Position numbers and translations under genes: made by a program. Source: a virus. From it: a stretch of DNA of 64,000 nt. Numbering within the stretch: the stretch's first letter is position 1; every line of letters begins with the position of its first letter. Below are positions 29,121 through 38,689 of the stretch, one piece after another. The notes below the pieces were generated by a model. That model did not search any database. It was given only the letters and a program-made list of their open reading frames with translations, and had not been told where the DNA came from. The stretch is taken from the IMG/VR virus record IMGVR_UViG_3300025015_000001; one strand, written 5' to 3'.

Positions 29121-31148
29121 ATGTCTGACTTAGACGACAGAATAAAATCAGCTTCTACAACAGCTAAAGCAGATTTTTCCGCGCAAATGGGAATTAGCGC
29201 ATTAGAAAAAGAGGGCGCATCAGCGGCTCGTGAACTTATTGATAGATTGAAGCTTCTTGAGAAAGTGTATGTCGACCTAAATGTACAAGCAGAAACATTA
29301 AATAAACACACAAAAGCTGGTAAGGAAGCTTATGCTGAGATACAAGCTAAAATGGAGGAAATATCTGAAGAAGCTAAAACTGTTAATGAGGCTTTGCTTG
29401 GGTGGGAGAAAACTTCTAATAATCTAAAAAATGTATTTGGTATATTAGATAACACTATTGGTAAACTAGGAAATACATTGGGGCAAGGTAGTTTAGACAT
29501 AGCTAAATGGGTTACTGGAATAGGTTCTTTCTATCAAATAGCTATGCTCGCAGCAAAAACATTATTTGATTGGTACGAGCACACTGCAGCTATTAATAGA
29601 AATATTTATGATACTAATGCCGCCATGGGAGACTTAGGTATTGCTGGAAGTAAGTTTGAGGATACAATTACTAGCACAGCATGGAAATTTAAAGAGAATA
29701 CAGACAATGTAGCAAATACTGTCAATCTATTAGCTAAAGCCGGGGTTCATCAGAAAGATATGGATGATGCTGTTAGGGGCGTATACACCTATTCTAAATT
29801 ATGGTCAGAGCTAACCCCAGAAAAACAAGTAGCTTTGATGAGTACTTTTATGAAAGAATTTAATATGACTGGCAAAGAGGCTGGGGCTACTATGATTGGG
29901 ATTTTCGAGACAGCTCAGCATTTAAAGAGTGAGTACCCAAGTTTAGTCATGGATGCTGGTAAATTTACTGAGCAGACAGCAGAAGTAGCTTTACACATGC
30001 GAAAATATGGATTGGAGGCAGCAGAAGCTGTAGCACTTACGTCCACACTAACAAGATTGGGAGTAGAACAGGCTAGAATTCCTGAATTGGCCAAGAGTAT
30101 CGGTACTATAGCATTGGAACAAACTGCAGTTAGAGCGGCTATGACGCAAGAACTTTTGCTCCCAAAGATGGGAGCTGAGTATAGAAGGATTCAAGCTAAA
30201 GCCGCTGAGGGAGAGGCTCTCTCAGAACGAGAGGCTGGATTAGTAATAGAGTATCAAAAAATGCAAAAACTACCTGCTGGTATGAGAGAGGTCGGTGCTT
30301 ATGGTGTGGCTGAGAAGTACGCCCCAGAGACATTAATTGAATCCCAGGTGGAATGGCTGCAGAAAAGATATAAAGAACAGATGGGGACAACAGTAGAGGG
30401 CGGTGGGCGTGCTGGGATTATGTCTTTTCTTGAATTGGCTGGCCCGACATTAGGTATGGAATTTTCTAAAGCAGCAATGGGTCAGTTTGCTGATGTTATG
30501 GACAAAGTGGCACCAAAAGAGTTTAATAAAGAACTCGTAGCCAGATTTAAAGAAGCTAGAGATAGTGCAAAAAGCACAGAAGACATGCTCAAGGCTAGGG
30601 AACAACAAGCAGCCACCGTAGCTGTAGCAACGCAGACTATGGCCACTTCAGTAGGTAATATCGAATCTATACTTGGTAGGTGGTCTGCGCATGCTATGGG
30701 CGTTACACAAACTTTGTCTATAGCTGGGGAAGCCTACGCAGAAAGCGTAAGTCAAGGTAAGCCATTGTCCACAGAAGAGTTAATGAAACAATATGGGTTA
30801 ACTAGACAACAAGCTGCTACTATGGCAGCGTTGGGGAGTTATGGGATAGAGAAGGCGTCCATGGCAGGCTGGGGAGATGTGGGGGAATTCGATCCAACTA
30901 GAGATGTAAAGAAGGAGCGAGAAGAACGTATAAAGTCAGAAATACAACAACAAAAAGAATGGAAAGAAAAAGCAACGCAAATAAATGCTGAAGTAGCTGC
31001 GGGGGGAGTGCCTAATTATGTTATGCGTGAAATACCTGATGCCTATGAAGCCGGCGCAAGAGATGCATTGAATGGTATTACTAATGTAATAGTTTCCTGG
31101 GCTACAAATACTAAGCAATTAATGGATAAAGTAACTCCAGGACAGTAA
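29121..31148 (+). CDS. Tape measure protein
   Basis: Ala/Glu/Lys-rich helical 675 aa in the canonical position. Confidence 0.85.
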   Translation: MSDLDDRIKSASTTAKADFSAQMGISALEKEGASAARELIDRLKLLEKVYVDLNVQAETLNKHTKAGKEAYAEIQAKMEEISEEAKTVNEALLGWEKTSNNLKNVFGILDNTIGKLGNTLGQGSLDIAKWVTGIGSFYQIAMLAAKTLFDWYEHTAAINRNIYDTNAAMGDLGIAGSKFEDTITSTAWKFKENTDNVANTVNLLAKAGVHQKDMDDAVRGVYTYSKLWSELTPEKQVALMSTFMKEFNMTGKEAGATMIGIFETAQHLKSEYPSLVMDAGKFTEQTAEVALHMRKYGLEAAEAVALTSTLTRLGVEQARIPELAKSIGTIALEQTAVRAAMTQELLLPKMGAEYRRIQAKAAEGEALSEREAGLVIEYQKMQKLPAGMREVGAYGVAEKYAPETLIESQVEWLQKRYKEQMGTTVEGGGRAGIMSFLELAGPTLGMEFSKAAMGQFADVMDKVAPKEFNKELVARFKEARDSAKSTEDMLKAREQQAATVAVATQTMATSVGNIESILGRWSAHAMGVTQTLSIAGEAYAESVSQGKPLSTEELMKQYGLTRQQAATMAALGSYGIEKASMAGWGDVGEFDPTRDVKKEREERIKSEIQQQKEWKEKATQINAEVAAGGVPNYVMREIPDAYEAGARDALNGITNVIVSWATNTKQLMDKVTPGQ

Positions 31149-31634
31149 CTATCTTCTATTTAAAAATAACAGCAAACTTCCTATTATAGATGACGCTTTA
31201 ATATAGTCTTTTTGTTTTTTAACATCATTTTTGTATAGAATCTTTGCCATTTTATTTATACCCAGATAAGCATATAGGAAACAGCATCCCAATATAATTA
31301 TAAATGGAAACCCTTTAACAAATAGAAATGGAATAACTTTCATTACAATAAATATGAATATTTTGAACATTTCCCTGTATGCCATGGTTAGTTTTTGATT
31401 ATGCCACCACGCCATGGTGCCAACAAATGCTAGTATAGCTACGATAGCTGGAACAACAGAAGACCGAATAAAAAGTAACAATCCAGAAAGAATACTGTCA
31501 AAAGCACCGCTCAGGAAAGACGTTGTATCAAAATTTCGTACATCATTTTTTAAAGATTGATACCCATTTTCTGTGTGCTCTATGTTTATCTGGGTTGGAT
31601 TATTAACGTTTATAGTTTTTTTATTGGTGGGCAT
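31149..31634 (-). CDS. Inverted multi-pass membrane protein (moron-like); track strand label + is wrong
   Basis: MPTNKK is read from the reverse complement of 31634 leftwards, with AGGAG RBS; about 3 hydrophobic segments. Confidence 0.8.
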   Translation of the reverse strand: MPTNKKTINVNNPTQINIEHTENGYQSLKNDVRNFDTTSFLSGAFDSILSGLLLFIRSSVVPAIVAILAFVGTMAWWHNQKLTMAYREMFKIFIFIVMKVIPFLFVKGFPFIIILGCCFLYAYLGINKMAKILYKNDVKKQKDYIKASSIIGSLLLFLNRR

Positions 31635-31652
31635 ACACTCTCCTTTTTTTAC

Positions 31653-31689
31653 TTTTTTAAAAATTTTTAAAATTTATATATGCTATACT
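31653..31689 (+). promoter_or_regulatory. A/T-tract promoter motif, copy 3 (re-start for baseplate genes)
   Basis: TTTTTTAAAAATTTTTAAAATTTATATATGCTATACT. Confidence 0.55.
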
Positions 31690-31697
31690 TCTGTTAT

Positions 31698-31727
31698 AGA
31701 GTACCATAGTAAATATAGTACTGTCAA
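31698..31727 (-). promoter_or_regulatory. Possible leftward promoter for the membrane gene
   Basis: Reverse strand TTGACA-18-TACTCT with extended TG. Confidence 0.45.
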
Positions 31728-31738
31728 GGAATTTTTTA

Positions 31739-32518
31739 ATGGGATATGTACAAGAGCCTTTAAGATTTAGATACAAACCACCAACAGATGACTCTACAGC
31801 CATTACGCTAAGCATCAACCCAGAGGCACTTACTTTAAATTTCAAAAAAATAGTTACTCCAGTAAGAACTAAAACACGGATTGTTACATTCTATTGGGGG
31901 CAGCAACCTATAAATTTTACATATCAAGGACAGACAGGCAATCTCTACCCAAGTGAAGAACTTAGATCCGCGCATGTAGCCACAAAAAATAATGAAGCTA
32001 CTGCTGATATTGATTTTTTTTCAAAAAGACAAGATGAATTAATTAGCCTAATATCTGAATTAGAAGACAATATAACTGTACTAGCTGAAAGATATGGCAA
32101 AACAAGTTTTCAAGTGGCCGAAGCAGATAGACAATTACAAGAATATAAGATTGAGTTAAATACTGCGCAAACAACTATAAACTCAAGAGCTATAGATATG
32201 GGAACACCATTACCATTTGTGGGGGAAAATTTTTTAAGCCAATCAGTTTTTGCAAATACGTCTCACACCGATGTTTTAAAACTATCACCAAAATATCAGT
32301 TATTTAAAAAACTTCAAAAATTTTATGAAAACTCTCGTGCTAGTAGTAACTTAATCCAAGTAGTATACCGTCATTATATATTTGATGGGTATTTTGAATC
32401 TTTTGGATTTACTGATTCTGCTAAGGACCCCTGGAATTGGAAATATAGTATAAACTTTACAATACTATCATGGGAGGAGATGGCATCTACTGCGCAGATG
32501 GAACAGATGCTTATCTAA
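31739..32518 (+). CDS. Baseplate/tube-initiator-like protein with coiled-coil insertion
   Basis: LSINPEAL...FTYQGQTG...FDGYFESFGF...W.YSINFTI pattern; follows the tape measure. Confidence 0.6.
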   Translation: MGYVQEPLRFRYKPPTDDSTAITLSINPEALTLNFKKIVTPVRTKTRIVTFYWGQQPINFTYQGQTGNLYPSEELRSAHVATKNNEATADIDFFSKRQDELISLISELEDNITVLAERYGKTSFQVAEADRQLQEYKIELNTAQTTINSRAIDMGTPLPFVGENFLSQSVFANTSHTDVLKLSPKYQLFKKLQKFYENSRASSNLIQVVYRHYIFDGYFESFGFTDSAKDPWNWKYSINFTILSWEEMASTAQMEQMLI

Positions 32519-32523
32519 GAATA

Positions 32524-34344
32524 ATGAGCAAGATTGATCAGCCGGGAGCAGACGAATTACATTATGCCCCATCTAACTATATTATTGTTAATGATGATGT
32601 CGATCATGGGTTACGTGGTAACTCTTTTTTGATATTATTTGATTGGGAGCAGTTCCACACACTAATATTGAGTAATAATAAAAACTTAGAGGAGCAATTT
32701 AAGAAGGCTGTTTGGGGGGCCCTAGACAAGATTTATCCAGGGGCTTATCAGGGTGGTAGTGGTTATGGAGCGCTGCTAAATAAAGCGATAAATGAGTCTA
32801 TAACAAATTTTACTGTAACATTACGTACTACTCTGGGTGGGAACTCTTGTACGTTTACTGTGGAAAATATTAATTATCAATGGATAGTTACTAACCTAGA
32901 CAATTACTTTTATGGGCAGTCTATCTTCCAAGAGGGATTACGTTTTACAATCGATGCTAGAGGTCGTATAGATACTGATAACTTATACAGAATATGGACA
33001 GGGTACATTACAGGTACTAATGAAGTTGATAATCCGACTGAAAAAAATATCTCTATATCGTCATCAGATGCTAGTAGATGGTTGTCTTACACTAGGTATA
33101 ATGTACATCCTGCTGTTTTTGAAGCTAATTTAGCTAGTATACCTAAAGGCTATACAACATATTCTAATGTGTTAGCTGGAAAACCGGGAGACGAAATAGT
33201 AAGGCTAATGACGGATTTAAACCCAAAGAATTTAGTAGAAAAAGAGTTAAGAAAATTAGAGGATTTAACCGTTCAGTGGACAGAAGCGTTGCCTGATGAT
33301 GTTGACGACAATAATGGGGATATTAAAGATGATTACAACTATAACTATCATATTGTAATTCCAGTGGCGTCAGCTAATGATTACAGTTTTAGAGCTAACA
33401 TTTATCCCAAAAGATTGATTTGGGGAAATACTGGAGTAGTGTATCAACAGTTATTCAAGTTTTCTAATTTATATAATAGCGAATGGAAGACAAGAAAAGA
33501 TATAATAACTGATACTGCCAATTTAACACACTACCTATCCTATATAGACGGGGCGGGAAATATACATTATCACCCTGCTAAGTATAATGAGAAAGTATAC
33601 CTACAAGTTAAAAATGGAACTGATTTAACTAGTAAAAACCTGGAGCATCCGTATACGCATTTTTTAGCCCCAGACGAAGTTTCTCAGCAATCCTACAGCC
33701 AGAATGAGCAGGAGATAGTAACAGTAGCCATAGGCAACGCACAAGGTCATTTTGGAATAATTGAAAAAACCGGAGAAAAATTGCCTAATAGTTATACAGC
33801 CACAATAGTGTGGCCGGATGGAATACGTAGATTTGGCTACAGAGAAGCCACCATAGACACAGCATCTACAACCGATAACTTTGTCCTGGATGTGTACACG
33901 GCAGCTTTTCTTTTAAAGAGAAATCAAGAAAGATTTCAAATGTCAGCTACTATTCCTCTGCGCCCCGAACTACAAATAGATAGACCTATTTGGGATTATG
34001 GTAAGCGTAAGTTTTACCAGATAAGGCAAGTAACGCACACGTATATATCAGGGTCTGTCAACAGTGGTGGGCAATGGCAGACATCTATTGATTGCTTTGC
34101 TGGCAGACGTGAGGGGGAAGACATCAGTGGTAATGTATTTGCTATAGCGCATAAGTATAAAAACGTAAAAGAAATGCTTGCTGATTTAAGAACCAAGAGT
34201 ATTATATCATTAGATTTAGAGGATTTACGTAGTACTGGAGTTAAGGAACTTACAAACAGGAACAGCGAGGATAAGACAAAAGAGGTAGCAACAACAGCAA
34301 CTCAAAACTCTAATGTCAGAAAAGGCAACGACTATGTTCGGTAG
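32524..34344 (+). CDS. Baseplate hub protein (gp27/gp44-like)
   Basis: Position before the spike; GNIHYHP, RFGYR, IPLRPELQIDRPI, YQIRQVTH.Y...WQTSI patterns. Confidence 0.7.
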   Translation: MSKIDQPGADELHYAPSNYIIVNDDVDHGLRGNSFLILFDWEQFHTLILSNNKNLEEQFKKAVWGALDKIYPGAYQGGSGYGALLNKAINESITNFTVTLRTTLGGNSCTFTVENINYQWIVTNLDNYFYGQSIFQEGLRFTIDARGRIDTDNLYRIWTGYITGTNEVDNPTEKNISISSSDASRWLSYTRYNVHPAVFEANLASIPKGYTTYSNVLAGKPGDEIVRLMTDLNPKNLVEKELRKLEDLTVQWTEALPDDVDDNNGDIKDDYNYNYHIVIPVASANDYSFRANIYPKRLIWGNTGVVYQQLFKFSNLYNSEWKTRKDIITDTANLTHYLSYIDGAGNIHYHPAKYNEKVYLQVKNGTDLTSKNLEHPYTHFLAPDEVSQQSYSQNEQEIVTVAIGNAQGHFGIIEKTGEKLPNSYTATIVWPDGIRRFGYREATIDTASTTDNFVLDVYTAAFLLKRNQERFQMSATIPLRPELQIDRPIWDYGKRKFYQIRQVTHTYISGSVNSGGQWQTSIDCFAGRREGEDISGNVFAIAHKYKNVKEMLADLRTKSIISLDLEDLRSTGVKELTNRNSEDKTKEVATTATQNSNVRKGNDYVR

Positions 34345-35539
34345 TAGAAGTTCGATGGGATTTATTCCCTCATATTATTTAGCTGAGATAAAGGCAGTTA
34401 ATACAAATAATCATACTTGTAGTGTGCAACTCTTACGAGGTACAGAACAGTATCATGACGTATTATTGATACGCGATCCAGGAAATTTTAATTTACCTAA
34501 GATTGGCGATATATGTGTTGTTATTTGGGATAATAAAAGTACTCCGTGTGTAATTGGTTTTTACCCAGCGTACTATAAGGATCAGCTAGATGAAAATAGA
34601 TTTTATAATGTACAAGAGGGAGAGGTTGTCACACAGTCGAGATACGGACAAAAATTACTCTTCAACAAACGTGGAGAAATTTTTCTAACAAATTGGCTGT
34701 CCCAAGGGCTTGAGATTTTTCAAAATGATGGCCTAGCTGTGTTACGGTCAAACACACTTGAACAAGATACTGCAGGGATAGATAGGGCTACTGGGTATGC
34801 TAAACGGTATTCTTTTTTACTACACAAAGATACCAATATATCAACTGTTACTGGTTTAGGTGGTGTAGCTGATGCTACAACTACTACGGGGTTAAAAACT
34901 ATTGTAGAAGATTCTACTAAAATAACTGAAGTTGGTTTGACTGGGCAAACTATATATACAAAAAAAATTGGAAACTATGTAGTAGCAGATACACAGACCA
35001 CTGCAGAAACCTACGAAGTTAAGGTGCACCCTTCCACACTTGTCCCCCTTATATCCGAAACTATTCACTATGTGAATGGTAGTATTGGTGTAGAGCAATT
35101 GGTAGATAATCTAGGTAATACATACCTAAAGTTACCAACAACTGCAACTAACCCCATAAATCCCACTAGCAAACTTACTGGTGGATTAGAGATAATCGGG
35201 GATAATAGTAATATAACTATAAAATTTGAAGTAGCTAATATAGTAAGTAATGAAGTAAACTTAGGTAATTTTACCGATGCTACATTAGCGAACCTAAAAG
35301 CTTTAGTTAAAGCAGAGGTTTTGGCTGAGATAGAGACTAAATTTAATAATCATCTGCACGGGTATGTCGATGTTACCCAGGCCACAACTGACAAGCGATT
35401 CACTACAGTTCCTATAGTTGCTGTTGGGACTGGCACACCCGTACCTATAACAGCGATACCTGCTGTGGAACCAGTATACCCCGGAAGCATAACTATAAAT
35501 ATTGGTGACTACAAAACACAGAATGTAAAGGCGACATAA
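34334..35539 (+). CDS. Baseplate central spike (gpV/gp5-like)
   Basis: N-terminal OB-fold pattern (LPKIGDICVV); beta-repeat body; HxH in FNNHLH near the C-terminus. Confidence 0.75.
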   Translation: MFGSRSSMGFIPSYYLAEIKAVNTNNHTCSVQLLRGTEQYHDVLLIRDPGNFNLPKIGDICVVIWDNKSTPCVIGFYPAYYKDQLDENRFYNVQEGEVVTQSRYGQKLLFNKRGEIFLTNWLSQGLEIFQNDGLAVLRSNTLEQDTAGIDRATGYAKRYSFLLHKDTNISTVTGLGGVADATTTTGLKTIVEDSTKITEVGLTGQTIYTKKIGNYVVADTQTTAETYEVKVHPSTLVPLISETIHYVNGSIGVEQLVDNLGNTYLKLPTTATNPINPTSKLTGGLEIIGDNSNITIKFEVANIVSNEVNLGNFTDATLANLKALVKAEVLAEIETKFNNHLHGYVDVTQATTDKRFTTVPIVAVGTGTPVPITAIPAVEPVYPGSITINIGDYKTQNVKAT

Positions 35540-36189
35540 TGTCAGCATTAGCGGAGTGTACAAAAGGATTTATTAATGCACTAACAGCCAGACCACGGCA
35601 GCAATTAAGAGTACTGCTGTCTACAGTAAAGACACTTACTCAAATTGAATTGGCTAGAATTCAAGCTATGCTAGCACAACAGGATGTGTTAGCTAATACG
35701 TTTACCACAGTTATCAGTGGGTTTGAAGAAACACTAAAACCTTTGGAAGAGGCTCTTAATCAAATACCCTTTAAAGAATTTAAAGCATGTGAGTCGGTTT
35801 CTAAATTAGACTTGGATATACAGAACATATATTTTGATAGAAAAAATGAACTAAGGTCTCTTACGTATAAGTATACACAATTTGGGTTTGCAAATACTTA
35901 CTTTGGAGATTACCGTAGCAAGTTAGAAAATCAGCTAGATCAGGTCACAGCCATGCTTAACTATTTAGATAATTTAGCAACCTTTAATTTAGAGCGCGGA
36001 GATGTGGTGCGTGTATACACACAGAATGAAGATTCTAAAGGCAATAAATATCCTGTAACGTTATCGGGACACATTCCTACTGTTGGAGAATACCCAAGTG
36101 CTGTTATTGTCGGGATTAATATTGTTGTGAAATTAGATGATACCGGGGACATAAAACAATTTAAAGGTACTGAGGTACAAAAAACTTAA
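35539..36189 (+). CDS. Hypothetical baseplate-region protein
   Basis: Translationally coupled; coiled-coil N-terminus. Confidence 0.65.
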   Translation: MSALAECTKGFINALTARPRQQLRVLLSTVKTLTQIELARIQAMLAQQDVLANTFTTVISGFEETLKPLEEALNQIPFKEFKACESVSKLDLDIQNIYFDRKNELRSLTYKYTQFGFANTYFGDYRSKLENQLDQVTAMLNYLDNLATFNLERGDVVRVYTQNEDSKGNKYPVTLSGHIPTVGEYPSAVIVGINIVVKLDDTGDIKQFKGTEVQKT

Positions 36190-36962
36190 TGGCGATATAT
36201 TATACAAATAATAGTAAATTAATTCCGGATGGTACACAACTATTTGATTCTAAGTCTATTAAGACTGGGTATGGCTATGATATAGATATTAACTCATCGG
36301 GCGCGATAAGCCGACTTATCGGGCTAGATAAACTTGAGCAACAAGTTCAAAAAGCTGTTATAGTAAAAAAAGGCAGTTATCCGACCGCCAAATCTTTGGG
36401 ATCTAATATTATTAATGCTACTATTAAGGATAAAATTTTTCTGAATGCTGAGATTAGGGAGACACTAGCTACCTACGCTAAACTACAACAACAAACTAGC
36501 ACTTCTTTTTTAAAAGTACTAGGTAAAAATATATACAGGACAATGGATATAACAGACGCCTCTTCTTGGAGAAAAATAAATTCTCATATTATCTCTTCTA
36601 ATACTTATACAGATAGTAATCTAATACCTAGCATATTTTATTATTATGCAGTAACTACTGTGTACAGGGATACTCTTGGGAACACATCAGAAACTAATAT
36701 AGATAAGTACGAGAACATTATTGCTAGCACCGTCAACTCTCTTCAGGCTAAAGTTAATGATACTTTTGTACTAGTTAGTGGAAATAAGTCAGCTATTTTG
36801 TATTGGAGCATCCCAGTGAAGTTAAATGAGGAAGAGCAATTAAGGAGTATTATAGACATTATACTTACACAATTTGGGGATCCTAGGGGATTAAACATAA
36901 AAATAAAAGTCACAAATAAAAGTATGACACAATCACAAATTAACTTATTGAAAACAAGATAA
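36189..36962 (+). CDS. gp25/gp46-like baseplate wedge protein with FN3-like insertion
   Basis: GYDIDI...GLDKLEQQVQK at the N-terminus; DPRGLNIKIKV at the C-terminus; directly before the J-like gene. Confidence 0.65.
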   Translation: MAIYYTNNSKLIPDGTQLFDSKSIKTGYGYDIDINSSGAISRLIGLDKLEQQVQKAVIVKKGSYPTAKSLGSNIINATIKDKIFLNAEIRETLATYAKLQQQTSTSFLKVLGKNIYRTMDITDASSWRKINSHIISSNTYTDSNLIPSIFYYYAVTTVYRDTLGNTSETNIDKYENIIASTVNSLQAKVNDTFVLVSGNKSAILYWSIPVKLNEEEQLRSIIDIILTQFGDPRGLNIKIKVTNKSMTQSQINLLKTR

Positions 36963-36975
36963 TACTGAGGTATCC

Positions 36976-38676
36976 ATGGCAACTAACATACTAACTACTA
37001 GTGATATACTTAACTACATAAAATCTTTCATTAAAGCTAAAAATCCTCAGATAGATGTGCAAACTGGGACTGACATTTATGATCTGATTTTTGGAGGTAA
37101 TGCACAGACCTCTGCTAGAATCTTTGAATCTATACAAGAGGTGGAAAATCTACAAAGTGTTTTTACTACATTTGGCAGCAGTTTGGATACAGTATCTAGG
37201 AACTATAGTCTAGTAAGAAAACCAGCCACAGTAAGTTTAGGATATGTTATATTTTACACCACAACTTGGACAACTGATATAATTATACCAGAGGGTACTG
37301 TACTTAGCACTAAGAATACTGTAGGACTTCCGAACGTCACTTTCAGAACTATAGGAGACATTTCTCTATTATTCAGCAATAAATCTGCATATTTTAATTC
37401 TACTACCGGACGATATGAGTCTACAGCTATCCCCATAGCATGTACCATTCCGGGTAAGGTGGGTAACGTAGATATGGGAACTGTTACCACTCTCCAGACG
37501 AATATTCCACAAATAGAAGGTATTACAAATAATGATGCTATAAGTGGTGGAACTGATGAGGAGACAGATGTCGATTTGCAACAAAGGTGTGCTCTATCCT
37601 TAGTAGTGTCTTCTGTAGGAACACAAGATGGTTATAAAAAGTTAATACTAGATAACGAAGTAGTTAAAGACGTATATGCTGTTGGGCCTTTTGATACGGA
37701 ATCAGTAAGGTCCGGGGTTGATATATATGCGCTCACGGTTTCAGCCCCTGTAACGTACACGCAAACCAATACATATGGGGGGGCTAATTTTACAGAGTTA
37801 ATCAACCAGCCAGTACTAGATATTAATAGTGTAATAGCATATGGTACATGGAGTATGTTAGAAAATGTTTCTTATCAATTTAATAAGCAAGCACAATCGG
37901 CTTATGCAAACTCGACTATATCAGATTCCACAGTAGCTAGAATAGATTGGGTTCCTTCATGGGCTGGGGTAACTTTAATAGGCTCTATAGGAGGTGACAC
38001 ATTTACCTATGCTGTATCTGGTGGGGAAATTAGTGTAACTTCTGCTGATGCATATGTAAACACACGAGTAACTATGACTCTTGGGAGCAACAATCCGGGG
38101 GAGACGCAGACTGTTTTAACTTATAGCTATAATACTACATCTAATATTGTGACTTTTACAACTACCCCCTTCACTAACGCAATTAATGCAGGAGACCCAT
38201 TTACGTTAGACCCAAGACCAAATATAGGAGATTCAGTAAGTATAAATTATAATTATAATCCAGACATTGCAGTATTACAGGATTTTGTAGAACAATCACA
38301 ATATAATGTTGTAGGGGCTAATACATTAGTTAAAAATGGACTACGTGGAAAGTTGGCACTAACCCTATCTATTAAAGTATTTAGTGGCTATGATTTCGTA
38401 GCTGCTAAAACAAAAGTAGAGGGGGCGGTGTCACAGTACATAAATAACTTAAAATTTGGAGATGATATACAGACATCAGATATTATTGTTACCGCACAGA
38501 CTGGAATAGGTACTGATTATGTTATAACAGAAGTAGACTACGTGTCCGTAGACACTTTATCAAGTAGTACTTTTTTTGAACATTGGGATGAGACTATAGA
38601 TGATTTTTCTGCTGTTGACATAATAACACTCTCTAATAGAGAGTATGCGATTTTAAAAACTTTAACTATTAATTAA
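36976..38676 (+). CDS. Baseplate J-like wedge protein
   Basis: LDTV..NYSLVRKPAT, GKVGNV, GGTDEETD.DL..R, GTQDGY motifs. Confidence 0.88.
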   Translation: MATNILTTSDILNYIKSFIKAKNPQIDVQTGTDIYDLIFGGNAQTSARIFESIQEVENLQSVFTTFGSSLDTVSRNYSLVRKPATVSLGYVIFYTTTWTTDIIIPEGTVLSTKNTVGLPNVTFRTIGDISLLFSNKSAYFNSTTGRYESTAIPIACTIPGKVGNVDMGTVTTLQTNIPQIEGITNNDAISGGTDEETDVDLQQRCALSLVVSSVGTQDGYKKLILDNEVVKDVYAVGPFDTESVRSGVDIYALTVSAPVTYTQTNTYGGANFTELINQPVLDINSVIAYGTWSMLENVSYQFNKQAQSAYANSTISDSTVARIDWVPSWAGVTLIGSIGGDTFTYAVSGGEISVTSADAYVNTRVTMTLGSNNPGETQTVLTYSYNTTSNIVTFTTTPFTNAINAGDPFTLDPRPNIGDSVSINYNYNPDIAVLQDFVEQSQYNVVGANTLVKNGLRGKLALTLSIKVFSGYDFVAAKTKVEGAVSQYINNLKFGDDIQTSDIIVTAQTGIGTDYVITEVDYVSVDTLSSSTFFEHWDETIDDFSAVDIITLSNREYAILKTLTIN

Positions 38677-38689
38677 TTTGGGGGATGGC

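Noticed and set aside
31149-31634. ORF track lists this ORF on the + strand
   Set aside because: The listed protein is encoded on the reverse complement; the + frame from 31149 hits TAA at its fifth codon.
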